Shown piece by piece: positions 38,967 through 49,719 of a DNA stretch of 64,000 nt. A model generated the notes under the pieces. It saw nothing but the letters and a program-made list of their open reading frames with translations. It did not search any database and was not told where the DNA came from. The stretch is from an uncultured Bacilli bacterium (GTDB taxonomy: Bacteria; Bacillota_I; Bacilli_A; RF39; UBA660): assembly GCA_947630495.1 (NCBI GenBank), contig CANRHS010000001.1, positions 157 to 64,156 of the forward strand, written 5' to 3'. Numbering within the stretch: position 1 is the stretch's first letter; each line of letters opens with the position of its first letter. The translations under genes and the position numbers were made by a program.

Positions 38967-39023
38967 AAAAATACTACCCCTTCTTGGGATAGTATTATAT
39001 CTTATTTTTTTAATAAAGTCAAA

Positions 39024-41411
39024 TCATACTTCACGCATATATTCAATTAATCTAATAAATACTTTTATACTTCGTTTATCAAGACCTTTTTTCTTTAATT
39101 TTTTAATTTCAATTCTCTTTTTATTAATAGAGGTATCTTTGTTATAAAGAATTGCTGCAATAGTATCTTTTAGTTTAGTTGGAACTTTTAAGTCTGATAA
39201 AATACTATCAATATCATTATCAAGAAGCATTAAAGCATCTATTTCAATATCAGTACCTTGACAATTAATCATTAACTGGGTTGAGGTATTAAAGTCTTTT
39301 ATTTCAATAACAAAGTCAGTATCCATAACATAAGAAACAAAAGGAATTTCTTGATCATTAGAATAAACTTTAACATTGGTTGCTTGTTTTGTGTTTCTAA
39401 ATCTTATTTTATAATTTCTAGTTTCAAATAATAATTTAGGATTTCCTTCGATGTTATGAATTATTAAAGTATAATTGTTTTCTAAGTAATTATATTCTAT
39501 ACTAGTAATAGCATAGTTACCATCTTTGTATTTATTAGTTAGACCATCATCTTCATATAAGTTGTAGACATTGCTACTACCTGGGAAGACATGAATTTCA
39601 AGTTCATGAGGAGCATCTGTTGACATTAAATCATTAACTCCCGAGGTTGGAATAATAGAACCAGCCTTAACAAAAACCGGATAATCTTCGATGTTATAGA
39701 ATGATACATATTTTTTGTTACCCATGAATTTTTTACCAGTTTTAAAGTCATACCAAACACCATCTGGAATAAAGAATTTTTGAATAGTTCTATTAATTAA
39801 AGGATCACTTTTTTTAACAATAGGGGAAACTAACATTTCAGAACCAAAAAAATATTGATTAATATAAACTGGATCATCATAGACAAAAGGATATTCATAA
39901 TAAAATGGTTTAATTAAAGGAATTCCTTCTTTATGATAATGATAAAGTTCGGTATATAAGTAAGGTATTAGTTGATTACGTAGTCTTAAATAATAACTTA
40001 CAATATTATTAGTAACTACATCCCATCGCCATGGTTCTCTTTTATAATAAGTTCCATATTCGGTATTAAAACGAAGAATAGGAGAGAAGACTCCAAATTG
40101 AACACTTCTAATATATAGTTCGTCATCTTCAATTCCGCCAATTGAGCCTCCAACATCATGGCTCCATAAAGAAACTCCTATATTTGATGCTGTTATATTG
40201 AAAAGAGGTAAGTATCTTAATACATCAAAACTTATAACGTTATGACCAGAATAGAGAATTGGATATCTGTGAGGAGCAAAGTTTGCATTACGACCTAATA
40301 CTAAACTTCTTTTACCCTCTCTTTCCATATCTTTTTTCATATAATCATTTAGAATAAATAAAGTATTTCTATTTTCTAAAACATCATAGTCATTCCAATA
40401 TAAATCAATTCCTAGTTTTTCTAAAGGATGCAAGAAGATTTTAAAATATAAATCCATAAATCTGGCATCAAAGGGATTGAAATCTATATATCCTCTTTTA
40501 TTTAATTGAATATATTCTCTAGCCATAGCAAAGTTTTCTTCATGAGGAAATATTCCATCTTTAGGATTAACTTTAACTCCTACTTTAACATTCATTTGAT
40601 GAAGTATTTCAATTAGTTTCTCTGGTTCTCGAATTAGACTTTTATTAAAAGTAAAACCTGAACTAGAAGAGAGTTTAGGATCTTTTATACTCCAATCTTT
40701 ATCAAATAAAAAAACTGAGATTGGTATACTATTAACTCTAAATTTATTTAAAAGGGTTACAACGTGTTCATCAAGATAAGGCATATCTCGGCTCCACCAA
40801 TTACCAAGTGCATATCTTGGGATAAAAGCAGGGTATCCTGTTAAAGTATAATAATCTTTTAAGATTTCATTAAAATCTGTACCATAAGCAAAGAAATAAA
40901 TGTCTTTTGAACCTTCCTCTCTTTTATATATATTAGAATTTTCATCTAATAAGATACTATCAGAGTCATCAATTACAACAAACATATCAGGACTGATTAA
41001 GCCTTTACTTAAATTAGGCATTTTGCTTGCATTATCAAGAGAAACAGTAGTTCCGCCATAGTTTTTAACTTCTTTTTGGGTATAAAACCATTCTTTACGA
41101 CTAAAAGTAATGGTTGCTGATAAACTTTTTTCTGTAAATTTAAATTCTTTAGCATATTTTAAAATAAAGTATTTTGTTTCAATATAAACATACCCCATAT
41201 CTTCTTTAATAGTAAAAACGGCTCGGTCAAAGTTACGAAAAGTAACTAAGGCTGATGCTAAATCAACAAATTTGCCTGTTTCACTATATTCAAGTCTTAC
41301 TAATCTTTCGGTCAAAACACTTATTCGAAATTTCTGTCCTTGAATAATTGATCCGGGATTAGCTTTTAAATTATTAATATCTATTTTAAATTGTGGACCT
41401 AAATCATACAT
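39024..41411 (-). CDS. Glycoside hydrolase family 31 (alpha-glucosidase/alpha-xylosidase-like)
   Basis: 795 aa. Blocks GIDLYWNDYD and WSHDVGGSIGG are typical of GH31 catalytic regions. Confidence 0.55.
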   Translation of the reverse strand: MYDLGPQFKIDINNLKANPGSIIQGQKFRISVLTERLVRLEYSETGKFVDLASALVTFRNFDRAVFTIKEDMGYVYIETKYFILKYAKEFKFTEKSLSATITFSRKEWFYTQKEVKNYGGTTVSLDNASKMPNLSKGLISPDMFVVIDDSDSILLDENSNIYKREEGSKDIYFFAYGTDFNEILKDYYTLTGYPAFIPRYALGNWWSRDMPYLDEHVVTLLNKFRVNSIPISVFLFDKDWSIKDPKLSSSSGFTFNKSLIREPEKLIEILHQMNVKVGVKVNPKDGIFPHEENFAMAREYIQLNKRGYIDFNPFDARFMDLYFKIFLHPLEKLGIDLYWNDYDVLENRNTLFILNDYMKKDMEREGKRSLVLGRNANFAPHRYPILYSGHNVISFDVLRYLPLFNITASNIGVSLWSHDVGGSIGGIEDDELYIRSVQFGVFSPILRFNTEYGTYYKREPWRWDVVTNNIVSYYLRLRNQLIPYLYTELYHYHKEGIPLIKPFYYEYPFVYDDPVYINQYFFGSEMLVSPIVKKSDPLINRTIQKFFIPDGVWYDFKTGKKFMGNKKYVSFYNIEDYPVFVKAGSIIPTSGVNDLMSTDAPHELEIHVFPGSSNVYNLYEDDGLTNKYKDGNYAITSIEYNYLENNYTLIIHNIEGNPKLLFETRNYKIRFRNTKQATNVKVYSNDQEIPFVSYVMDTDFVIEIKDFNTSTQLMINCQGTDIEIDALMLLDNDIDSILSDLKVPTKLKDTIAAILYNKDTSINKKRIEIKKLKKKGLDKRSIKVFIRLIEYMREV

Positions 41412-41433
41412 AAGGTACCTCCTTTTATTCTTT

Positions 41434-42558
41434 TTATTTATTTAAATTTCTTATATAATATTCATCATAGGTTAAACCACTTTCATGAACTTTACTTGCA
41501 AGTTCTTCTCCAACATAGCGATAATGCCATGATTCATAACGAATACCTGTTATATTAACCGTTTCTTTAGCATATCTAAAGATAAATCCATATTTATAAG
41601 CATTTTCTTTTAACCATTTACTTTCAGGGGTTCCTTCGAAAGTTTCACTGCTTTCCGCCTTGATATCAGCTGCAAGTCCCGTTTGATGTTCGGAAAATCC
41701 GGCATGGGCGACATAATTTTCTGCATAATTTTTACCATAGGTATTTAAATATAAATCATAAGTTTCTTGTTGCGTTTGATAATCCCGGTATCCTGACCTT
41801 ATCACGATTTTACTTCCAACCGCATTTTTACAATCATCAGACATCCTCTTGAAGGCTTCAAGCATTGTTTTATTTGCTTTTTGCTTATCATCAACCGCAT
41901 ACTCTTCTGGTACACTTACCAAATCATCTGGTACAAAACTAGCATCTAATTCATTATATTTATTAACTAACATATCAAAACTAAAATCTTCAACTTTATT
42001 GGTATCTGTATAAAAGTCTTTATCAAGTCCTATATTAACATAGGTAACTATCTTATCTTTTTCAATAGCATTTTCCTTATTATATTCTAAATATCTATCA
42101 TAATTAGCAAGAATAGAGTAATCATATTCTAAATAACTAGATACATTTTTATCATAATCCTTCTTTAAGAATTCTTTAATTGAATCATCAGTTGCACTTT
42201 TTAAAATATTTTCAATATCATCTTTATTATAACCTTTTTTAATTAATTCATTTATATCTTTAGTATAGTCTTTTAAGTTATAATAATTAATCTTCTTATA
42301 AGTTTCATAATTATCTTTATTAAAATCCGTGCTTGCTAAAACAGTATCTAAAGATTTTGAATATTTATTTTCTAAAATATCTTTCTTTAAACCATTTTTT
42401 AGAATAGTTGTAATACTATTATCTTGATAGCCTAATTCTTTTAATTGATATTTATTATATAGCTTTATAGGATTTATTACTTCTATTAAAATAATTACTA
42501 ATATAATACTTAAAATTATTACTACTTTTTTATTTAGTTTTTTCTTTTTCATATGCAC
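41434..42558 (-). CDS. M15-family D-alanyl-D-alanine carboxypeptidase (VanY-like), membrane-anchored
   Basis: N-terminal TM; SGYRDYQTQ, HQTGLAADI, ESWHYRY. Confidence 0.65.
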   Translation of the reverse strand: MHMKKKKLNKKVVIILSIILVIILIEVINPIKLYNKYQLKELGYQDNSITTILKNGLKKDILENKYSKSLDTVLASTDFNKDNYETYKKINYYNLKDYTKDINELIKKGYNKDDIENILKSATDDSIKEFLKKDYDKNVSSYLEYDYSILANYDRYLEYNKENAIEKDKIVTYVNIGLDKDFYTDTNKVEDFSFDMLVNKYNELDASFVPDDLVSVPEEYAVDDKQKANKTMLEAFKRMSDDCKNAVGSKIVIRSGYRDYQTQQETYDLYLNTYGKNYAENYVAHAGFSEHQTGLAADIKAESSETFEGTPESKWLKENAYKYGFIFRYAKETVNITGIRYESWHYRYVGEELASKVHESGLTYDEYYIRNLNK

Positions 42559-42662
42559 CTCTATTATAAGTATACCATAAAACTGAAATTAGTTAAATCA
42601 TTTTTAGAAAAAACTTGAAATTAGTATGAAAAAATGCTAAACTAAGCCAAGTAGGTGATAGT

Positions 42663-43592
42663 ATGTGGCCTAATAATAAAAGATATTATACATTAGATTG
42701 TTTTTATAAAGAGAAGTTTCACTCTAAGATTGCTAAAGTTAGTTTGAATGGTAATTTTACTTGTCCTAATCGGGATGGCACCAAAGGAGTAGGGGGCTGT
42801 ATTTATTGTTCGAATCTTAAAAGTGGGGATTATGCAGGAGATGCTAGTAAAGATATTATTACCCAGTTTAATGATATTAAAAAAGTGATGCTTCATAAGT
42901 GGAAAGATGCAAAGTTTATTGCTTATTTTCAAGCTGGAACTAATACTTATGCTCCTGTTGAAAGGTTAAAAGAGTTATTTGAACCGGTTTTAAAAATCAA
43001 AGATGTTGTTGGTTTAAGTATTGCAACGAGACCTGATGCGATAAGTGATGAATGCCTTGAATATTTATCAGATTTAAATAAAAGAACGTATTTAACAGTT
43101 GAACTGGGACTTCAAAGTATTCATGATGAAACTTCCAAGTTAATTAATAGATGTCATACTTTAAAAGAATTTCATGACATGGTCTTAAAACTTAGAGAAA
43201 GAAAAATAAATGTCGTTGTTCATATTATAAATGGTCTTCCTTATGAAACTAAAGAAATGATGCTTGAAACTGTTAAATATTTAAATAATCTTGATATTCA
43301 AGGAATAAAGATACATATGTTGCACATTTTAAAGAATACTAAATTAGCCGATATGTACAATAAAGAACATTTCCATGTTTTAACTAAAGATGAATATATT
43401 GATATTGTAGTTTCGGAGTTAGAGTTATTAAGACCTGAGATTGTTATTAATCGAATTACAGGAGATCCTAATCCTGATGAGTTAATTGAACCTACTTGGT
43501 TAATCAAGAAGTTTGTTGTTTTAAATGATATTGATAAAGAATTAAAGAAAAGAGATACTTATCAAGGAAAAAAAGTAAAAAAAGATATATAA
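42663..43592 (+). CDS. TIGR01212-family radical SAM protein
   Basis: CPNRDGTKGVGGCIYCS cysteine motif; 309 aa. Confidence 0.65.
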   Translation: MWPNNKRYYTLDCFYKEKFHSKIAKVSLNGNFTCPNRDGTKGVGGCIYCSNLKSGDYAGDASKDIITQFNDIKKVMLHKWKDAKFIAYFQAGTNTYAPVERLKELFEPVLKIKDVVGLSIATRPDAISDECLEYLSDLNKRTYLTVELGLQSIHDETSKLINRCHTLKEFHDMVLKLRERKINVVVHIINGLPYETKEMMLETVKYLNNLDIQGIKIHMLHILKNTKLADMYNKEHFHVLTKDEYIDIVVSELELLRPEIVINRITGDPNPDELIEPTWLIKKFVVLNDIDKELKKRDTYQGKKVKKDI

Positions 43593-43645
43593 AATTATAG
43601 TAAAAAACACCAAAAATGTAGTATAATATTTTTAGGAGGATTATC

Positions 43646-45172
43646 ATGAACAAAGAAGAAGTGTTAGAAGCAATAAACTTTTTAAAGAAATATAAAACTG
43701 AAAACTCAGAAATAGAAACAAAAAGTGCTAAATTAGGTTTTCCGAAAAAATGTTACGATACTATTTCTGCTTTTGCTAATCAATATGGTGGAATAATACT
43801 ATTTGGAATAAACGAGGAGAACAATTTTGAAATTGAAGGAGTTTATGATTTAAACGATTTACAAAAACAAATAACTAATTTATGTAGTGATTCTTTTGAA
43901 CCTAGAATTAGACCAGAAATAATACAATTAGAAATAGATGGTAAAAATATTTTAGCAGTTAAAATCAAAGAATTAGAACAAACTAAAAAGCCTTGTTATT
44001 ATAAGCCCAAGGGAATAAAAGGTGGATCTTATATAAGAATTGGAGATAGAGATGACTTAATGACTGATTATGAACTTTATTCTTTGCAAAGTTATAAAGA
44101 ACATATTTTTGATGATATAAGACCTACCAAAAGAGCTACTTTAGATGATTTAGATCGTGATGAATTGGTTGAATATATTGATAAAGTTAAAAAAGATAAA
44201 CCTAATTTTGCTAAATATGATTTTGATAAATGTTTAAATTTATGTGGAATAACTGATAAAAATCAAGAGCAAGTTTATCCAACTCTTGCAGGAGTTATGC
44301 TTTTTGGAAAATATCCTCAATGTTTCTATCCTCAATTATTTGTCGCTTGTGTAGTTGTCCCAGGAACAGAACTGGGAATGAAAGGCGAACATGGGGAAAG
44401 ATTTATTGATAATAAAAGAATAGAGGGTACTATTGAAGAAATGCTAGATGGTACTATGAACTTCTTTAGACGAAATATGAGAACTAGTGTAACAATAGAC
44501 TCAAATGGAAAAAGAACTGATAGAACTGAATACCCAATTGATGCTTTAAGAGAGGCTGTTGCCAATAGTTTGATTCATCGTGATTTTAGTTATTTAAGCG
44601 AGACTTCTTACATTTCAGTCTACATGTATAGTGATAGAGTAGAAATTATAAGTCCTGGTGGATTGTATGGAGTTAACAAATTAGAAAAAATTGAAGTTTC
44701 AAATAATTATGAGTCTAGAAATCCTACCATTCTTAAAATTTTAGAAGAAAAAAGTAATGTAATAGAAAATAGACACACGGGTATTCCAACAATGCGAGAT
44801 GAAATGAAAAAACATGGACTTCCAGAACCAGAGTTTTACATCGAAAGAAATTGTTTTAAGGTTGTTTTTAGGAATAAACCTATAGTTGTTACACAAAATA
44901 ATCAAATTAGTGAACAAGTCGGTGAACAAGTCGGTGAACAAGTCAGTGAACAAGTCAGTGAACAAGTCAATGGACTCCACGAAAAAGTTATAAACTTTTG
45001 TAATACACCAAAATCTTTAGATGAAATAAAAAACTACTTAAATATAAAGTCACGTAGTTATATAAGTAGAAAAATTATTAATCCATTAATAAAAGAAGGT
45101 ATATTATCTTATACAAATATTAATAGCCCAAATGCAAGTAATCAAAAATATATAGCAATTAAGAAAAATTAG
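43646..45172 (+). CDS. AlbA_2/Schlafen-domain plus ATPase-like putative DNA-binding regulator (COG2865-like), carrying an EQV(G/S) x5 repeat
   Basis: N-terminal IETKSAKLGFPKK...ISAFANQYGGIILFG (AlbA_2-like). The C-terminal third contains a 12-bp tandem repeat. Confidence 0.45.
   Translation: MNKEEVLEAINFLKKYKTENSEIETKSAKLGFPKKCYDTISAFANQYGGIILFGINEENNFEIEGVYDLNDLQKQITNLCSDSFEPRIRPEIIQLEIDGKNILAVKIKELEQTKKPCYYKPKGIKGGSYIRIGDRDDLMTDYELYSLQSYKEHIFDDIRPTKRATLDDLDRDELVEYIDKVKKDKPNFAKYDFDKCLNLCGITDKNQEQVYPTLAGVMLFGKYPQCFYPQLFVACVVVPGTELGMKGEHGERFIDNKRIEGTIEEMLDGTMNFFRRNMRTSVTIDSNGKRTDRTEYPIDALREAVANSLIHRDFSYLSETSYISVYMYSDRVEIISPGGLYGVNKLEKIEVSNNYESRNPTILKILEEKSNVIENRHTGIPTMRDEMKKHGLPEPEFYIERNCFKVVFRNKPIVVTQNNQISEQVGEQVGEQVSEQVSEQVNGLHEKVINFCNTPKSLDEIKNYLNIKSRSYISRKIINPLIKEGILSYTNINSPNASNQKYIAIKKN
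44909..44968 (+). repeat. In-frame tandem 12-bp repeat (a/g)gtgaacaagtc x5, encoding (S/G)EQV x5
   Basis: Five perfect head-to-tail units at 44909, 44921, 44933, 44945 and 44957. Confidence 0.7.
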
Positions 45173-45264
45173 ATTAACGAAAGAAAAGTTATTCACAATT
45201 TTGGGGATAACTTTTTTCTTTAAACTATATTTAAAAAAATTATCCACCAGGATTTGGGGATAAC

Positions 45265-45927
45265 TTATTTTATTTCTTTGCCACATTCAGGACAATACTT
45301 AGCAGTTTTAGTTAACTTCGTTCCACAGTTTGGACAAAACTTAGGTCTTTCTTTTTCTTCCTTAACTTCTTTTTTTGGTTCTATTTTTTCTTCTTCGACT
45401 ACATTTTCTGGTGCTTTAACTTCAGGAATTTCAATAATTTCTATTTTATCTCTTAAACTATATAAGAAAACTCCTCCTAAATTTTCCACAATAACTGTGA
45501 ATACCATAAACATCGTTGCATTTTTAGGAACTAATACTTTATACATATTATAAAAAGCCATAGCATTGAAAACTGTAATTGCAATACCAAGAACTGTTCC
45601 ATAACGGCTACCTAAAACTAATGTGGCAGCACTTAAACCAAATAATACCCAAGTAAGTTCAGGATGCTTTTTAGATTCCTCAGAATAAACTTCAAAACCA
45701 AGTTTACCTATTATATAATATCTTCCATAAGGAATAAAAGCAAGCCAAGGGCTTGGAATATTATTCTTTTTAGCCGCTATCATTATTCCCAAACTAGAAA
45801 TAATATAAAGAGCTATAAGTCCTAGTAACACAACAACTAAGAAGAATATTCCAATAATTAAAATATTACTTGGAATTTCATTTAAATAATCAGTTATATT
45901 AAATCTAAAATTAAACATACGTATCAC
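45265..45927 (-). CDS. Membrane protein with a C-terminal zinc-ribbon
   Basis: Four TM helices; C-terminal PKFCPNCGTKLTKTAKYCPECGKEIK. Confidence 0.4.
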   Translation of the reverse strand: MIRMFNFRFNITDYLNEIPSNILIIGIFFLVVVLLGLIALYIISSLGIMIAAKKNNIPSPWLAFIPYGRYYIIGKLGFEVYSEESKKHPELTWVLFGLSAATLVLGSRYGTVLGIAITVFNAMAFYNMYKVLVPKNATMFMVFTVIVENLGGVFLYSLRDKIEIIEIPEVKAPENVVEEEKIEPKKEVKEEKERPKFCPNCGTKLTKTAKYCPECGKEIK

Positions 45928-47018
45928 CTATTAAAGCGAAAATGGCAAATGTCACCATCTTGCATTATATAATCCTTTCCTTCTATTCTTAATTTTCCGG
46001 CTTCTTTAACCTTTAATTCACTTCCACATTCAATTAAATCATTATAACTCATAACTTCAACTTTTATAAATCCTTTTTCAAAATCGGTGTGAATTATTCC
46101 AGCACATTCCTTGGCATTCATGCCGGCTCTGAATGTCCATGCTCTTACTTCATCACTTCCAACCGTGAAGTAAGTTTTTAATCCTAATATTTCATAAGTT
46201 GCATTTATTAATTCATCAAGTCCACTTGTTTTAACACCAAGCATTTCTAACATTTCTTCTTTTTCTTCAATTGATAACTCTGATAACTCACTTTCAACTT
46301 TAGCACATATCTTTATTACTTTAGCATTTTCTAAATATTCTTTTAAACTAGTTACATATTTATTATCAGGTTCGGCTAATTCATCTTCTTTAATATTTGC
46401 TAAATAAATAATTGGTTTCATAGTTAAGAATTGAAATGATTTTATCTTTAGTTTTTCTTCATCGGTAAAGTCTATTTCCCTTAATGGAATAGATTTTTCT
46501 AAAGCTTCCTTGGCTTTGGTAAGTGCCGAGACTTCAACTAAAGAATCAGCATCTTTGGTTGTCATCGCTTTTTTATAAACTTTATCAAGACGATTTGTTA
46601 CTATTTCTAAATCACTTATCGCAAGTTCTAAATCAATTATTTCAACATCCCTTACGGGATCACAGTTACCCTCAACATGAATAATGTTCGAGTCATCAAA
46701 ACATCTAACTACTTCAACAATGGCATCTACTTCTCTTATATGTGATAAGAACTTATTTCCTAATCCTTCACCCGTTGATGCTCCTTTTACAAGACCTGCA
46801 ATGTCCGTGAATTCATAACTTGCCATGATCAATCGTTCAGGCATATACATATCATTTAAGACATTCATTCTTAAATCAGGTACATTTACAACTCCAACGT
46901 TTGGGTCAATTGTTGCAAAAGGATAATTTGCTGCTAAAATATTTTGCTTTGTAATTGCATTAAATAGGGTAGACTTACCAACATTTGGAAGTCCTACAAT
47001 TCCTGCTTTTAAACTCAT
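45924..47018 (-). CDS. ychF: Ribosome-binding ATPase YchF
   Basis: GIVGLPNVGKSTLFNA; 364 aa; TGS domain at the C-terminus. Confidence 0.9.
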   Translation of the reverse strand: MSLKAGIVGLPNVGKSTLFNAITKQNILAANYPFATIDPNVGVVNVPDLRMNVLNDMYMPERLIMASYEFTDIAGLVKGASTGEGLGNKFLSHIREVDAIVEVVRCFDDSNIIHVEGNCDPVRDVEIIDLELAISDLEIVTNRLDKVYKKAMTTKDADSLVEVSALTKAKEALEKSIPLREIDFTDEEKLKIKSFQFLTMKPIIYLANIKEDELAEPDNKYVTSLKEYLENAKVIKICAKVESELSELSIEEKEEMLEMLGVKTSGLDELINATYEILGLKTYFTVGSDEVRAWTFRAGMNAKECAGIIHTDFEKGFIKVEVMSYNDLIECGSELKVKEAGKLRIEGKDYIMQDGDICHFRFNR

Positions 47019-47030
47019 ATCTACCTCCTC

Positions 47031-48644
47031 CTATATGGTTGGATAAACTCCAGGACCAATAGGTAGTCCTATTATATACCAACCAATTAAAATTAGCAAC
47101 CAGGTAACGGAAATTATTAAACAATATGGCATTATCATCTTTATTGCTCCAAATATTCCGATTGGTTTATCCTTATCTTTATTATAGATATTCATATAAG
47201 CTATAAATATGACAAAGAATGTTGAAAGGGGAGTAATACCATTTGTCATTGAGTCAGCTGCTCTTAAAGCAAATTGTAAAAATTGAGGGGCGATATTAAA
47301 CTGCATCAAAGGTGGAACAATAACAGGTGCTAAGATTACCCATTTAGCTTGAGGGGTTGTTAAGAATAGATTAGCAAGAGCCATTAACAAAATAGCAATA
47401 ACTAAAAGGGGAATACCTCCAAATGAAATACTATCTATAACATTAGCAACAATACCTGTTAAAATTGTTCCTATATTTGTTCTTCTAAATGTAAAGATAA
47501 ATTGAGATGCAAAGAAGATTAAAATTAAGATTCCTCCTAAATGTTTTAAATTTTCATGGCAACCTTCAAAGACATCCCGATCATGTTTAAAGGTTTTAGA
47601 ACCAAACCCATAAGCAAGGCCACTTACAATAAATAAAAGGGCCATCATATAAGTAAATCCATCTTGGAAATAAGAGTTGGTTCCAAATATTTGATTTAAA
47701 TAGGTTGTTTCATTCATATCTAAAAGCATTCCTGATAAAGGTAAATTAGGAATAACGGAATAGATAAACAAGAACATCATGATAATAAAAGCAATAAGGG
47801 CATATTTAAACCCACGTTTTTCTTTATATTCTGTGTTTAATCTTTCTTGTTCAATTGACTCTTCATCAAGATTTTCTATTACTTCAATTTCTTCGGTTGC
47901 GTCTTCCTTCTTTTCTTTTACTCTACCAAATCTTGGAACTACTATTTTTTCAATGATAACAGTTCCAACAATTGACAGAATAATGGTTGATGCTATCATG
48001 ATAAATAAATTAGATAATAAACTAACATGGAAATTAGCATCAACAAGCCTAGCAGCCGTTGTTGTATAAGGAATTAAAGATACTTCAGCCGATCCAGTAA
48101 AAATAGTCGTACCAGTTCCAAAGGCAACTCCACAAAAGGCGGCTATTACTCCGGCTAAGGGATTTCGTCCTTTGGTTTCATAGATAAGGGCTGCAATAGG
48201 AATTAAAATTACATATCCTATATCATTGATAATTGTTGAAATAATACCAATAAAGATAATTAAAAAGGTTAAAACTTTATTATTAATCTTCGAGAATAAA
48301 TGTTTTGATAGAAAATCCATTAGTCCGGATGCAATTGCAACTGAAATTCCAATTGATGTCATAATTAACATACTTAAAGGTGCAAAACTAATAAAGTTGG
48401 TTGCAGCATTACTAATTATATATTTTAACCCATTATAGTTTAAAAGGTTTTCAACAGATACAGTGTTTTGAACTAAGGATAAGTCTGTTGCATTAATAGT
48501 ACTATAAGTTGTTTGAAATTTTATTCCACTTAAAATTCCACTTACTATAACTGTTAAAATAGTTAATATTATATAAACTGTAACTGGATGTAAATGGGGT
48601 CTTTTTAACCTTAATTTTTTCTTTTTATTCATTCTTATCACCAT
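47031..48644 (-). CDS. AbgT-family transporter
   Basis: 537-aa polytopic membrane protein with AbgT-like blocks (LIPIAALIYETKGRNPLAGVIAAFCGVAFG). Confidence 0.5.
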   Translation of the reverse strand: MVIRMNKKKKLRLKRPHLHPVTVYIILTILTVIVSGILSGIKFQTTYSTINATDLSLVQNTVSVENLLNYNGLKYIISNAATNFISFAPLSMLIMTSIGISVAIASGLMDFLSKHLFSKINNKVLTFLIIFIGIISTIINDIGYVILIPIAALIYETKGRNPLAGVIAAFCGVAFGTGTTIFTGSAEVSLIPYTTTAARLVDANFHVSLLSNLFIMIASTIILSIVGTVIIEKIVVPRFGRVKEKKEDATEEIEVIENLDEESIEQERLNTEYKEKRGFKYALIAFIIMMFLFIYSVIPNLPLSGMLLDMNETTYLNQIFGTNSYFQDGFTYMMALLFIVSGLAYGFGSKTFKHDRDVFEGCHENLKHLGGILILIFFASQFIFTFRRTNIGTILTGIVANVIDSISFGGIPLLVIAILLMALANLFLTTPQAKWVILAPVIVPPLMQFNIAPQFLQFALRAADSMTNGITPLSTFFVIFIAYMNIYNKDKDKPIGIFGAIKMIMPYCLIISVTWLLILIGWYIIGLPIGPGVYPTI

Positions 48645-48831
48645 CTAAAGATATTATTTTCTTTATTTTTTTATTAAATTCAACCCTTGGTATCATAACT
48701 GTATGGGAGCAGCCTAAGCATTTTATTTTGATGTCAGCTCCAACTCTTACTACTTCCCATTTATTCTCACCACATGGATGTTGTTTTTTCATGGTAAGAA
48801 TCGTTCCAATATTATATTTTTTATCTTCCAT
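48625..48831 (-). CDS. DUF951-family small protein
   Basis: 68 aa with a CxxC...CxxC motif (HPCGEN...CLGCSH). Conserved neighbour of parB/ychF in Firmicutes. Confidence 0.5.
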   Translation of the reverse strand: MEDKKYNIGTILTMKKQHPCGENKWEVVRVGADIKIKCLGCSHTVMIPRVEFNKKIKKIISLDGDKNE

Positions 48832-48834
48832 AAT

Positions 48835-49719
48835 CTACTCACTTATTTTCAAAATTTCCATGATTCGGTTGAAGTCTGCTAAATCTTGGAAATTAATTAA
48901 AATTTTACTTCCTCTAATTCGAACTTTAGTTCCAAGTCGTTCACATAATAACTCTTGAACTGATTTATAAGTTCTAGTTTCTTCCGTTTCATGGCGTTCC
49001 ATTTTATTTCTTTTTTCAACTTCTTTGCCTTGAGCTATTTCATCAAGTTCGTGAGCTGATATTCCTTCATTGATTATTCTATCTGCTAATTCTTCAATCT
49101 TTGCAACATCTTTCATCTTACTTAAGGTTCTAGCATGAGTTGCTGAAATTTTTCTGGCTATAACTAAGTCTTTAACAGAATCTGGTAAATTCATAAGTCC
49201 AACCATATTAGTTACATAACTTCGACTTTTACCAATCCTTTGTGCAAGTTGTTCTTGATTTAAACCCCGTGACTCCATCAAACTTTGATAAGCCATTGCT
49301 TCTTCAATAGGATTTAAATCTTCTCTTTGTAAGTTTTCAAGTAAGGCTATTTCCATCATTTCTTGGTCATTAAAGTCGCGAACTATGGCAGGAATAGTTA
49401 AGCGACCTGCAATGGTACTTGCTTTAACTCTTCTTTCTCCAGCAACAATTTCATATCCCTTAATACTTCTTTTAACAATAATTGGTTGGAATACTCCGTG
49501 TTCCTTAATAGATTCTGCAAGTTCATTTAATTTCTCTTCATCAAATACTTTTCTTGGTTGATAAGGATTGCTTCTTAACTCACTTATATTAACTTCAATT
49601 ACCTCTTCTTGAGGTGTCTCATTGACAATTTGCTCTTCAAGTGTTTCAATATCCAAAACTTCGGCCCCGAATAATTCTTCTAAACCTTTTCCTAATGCTC
49701 TCCTTCTAGGCGTTTCCAT
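48835..49719 (-). CDS. parB: Chromosome partitioning protein ParB/Spo0J
   Basis: 294 aa. ParB box ELAESIKEHGVFQPIIVR and HTH; overlaps parA. Confidence 0.9.
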   Translation of the reverse strand: METPRRRALGKGLEELFGAEVLDIETLEEQIVNETPQEEVIEVNISELRSNPYQPRKVFDEEKLNELAESIKEHGVFQPIIVKRSIKGYEIVAGERRVKASTIAGRLTIPAIVRDFNDQEMMEIALLENLQREDLNPIEEAMAYQSLMESRGLNQEQLAQRIGKSRSYVTNMVGLMNLPDSVKDLVIARKISATHARTLSKMKDVAKIEELADRIINEGISAHELDEIAQGKEVEKRNKMERHETEETRTYKSVQELLCERLGTKVRIRGSKILINFQDLADFNRIMEILKISE

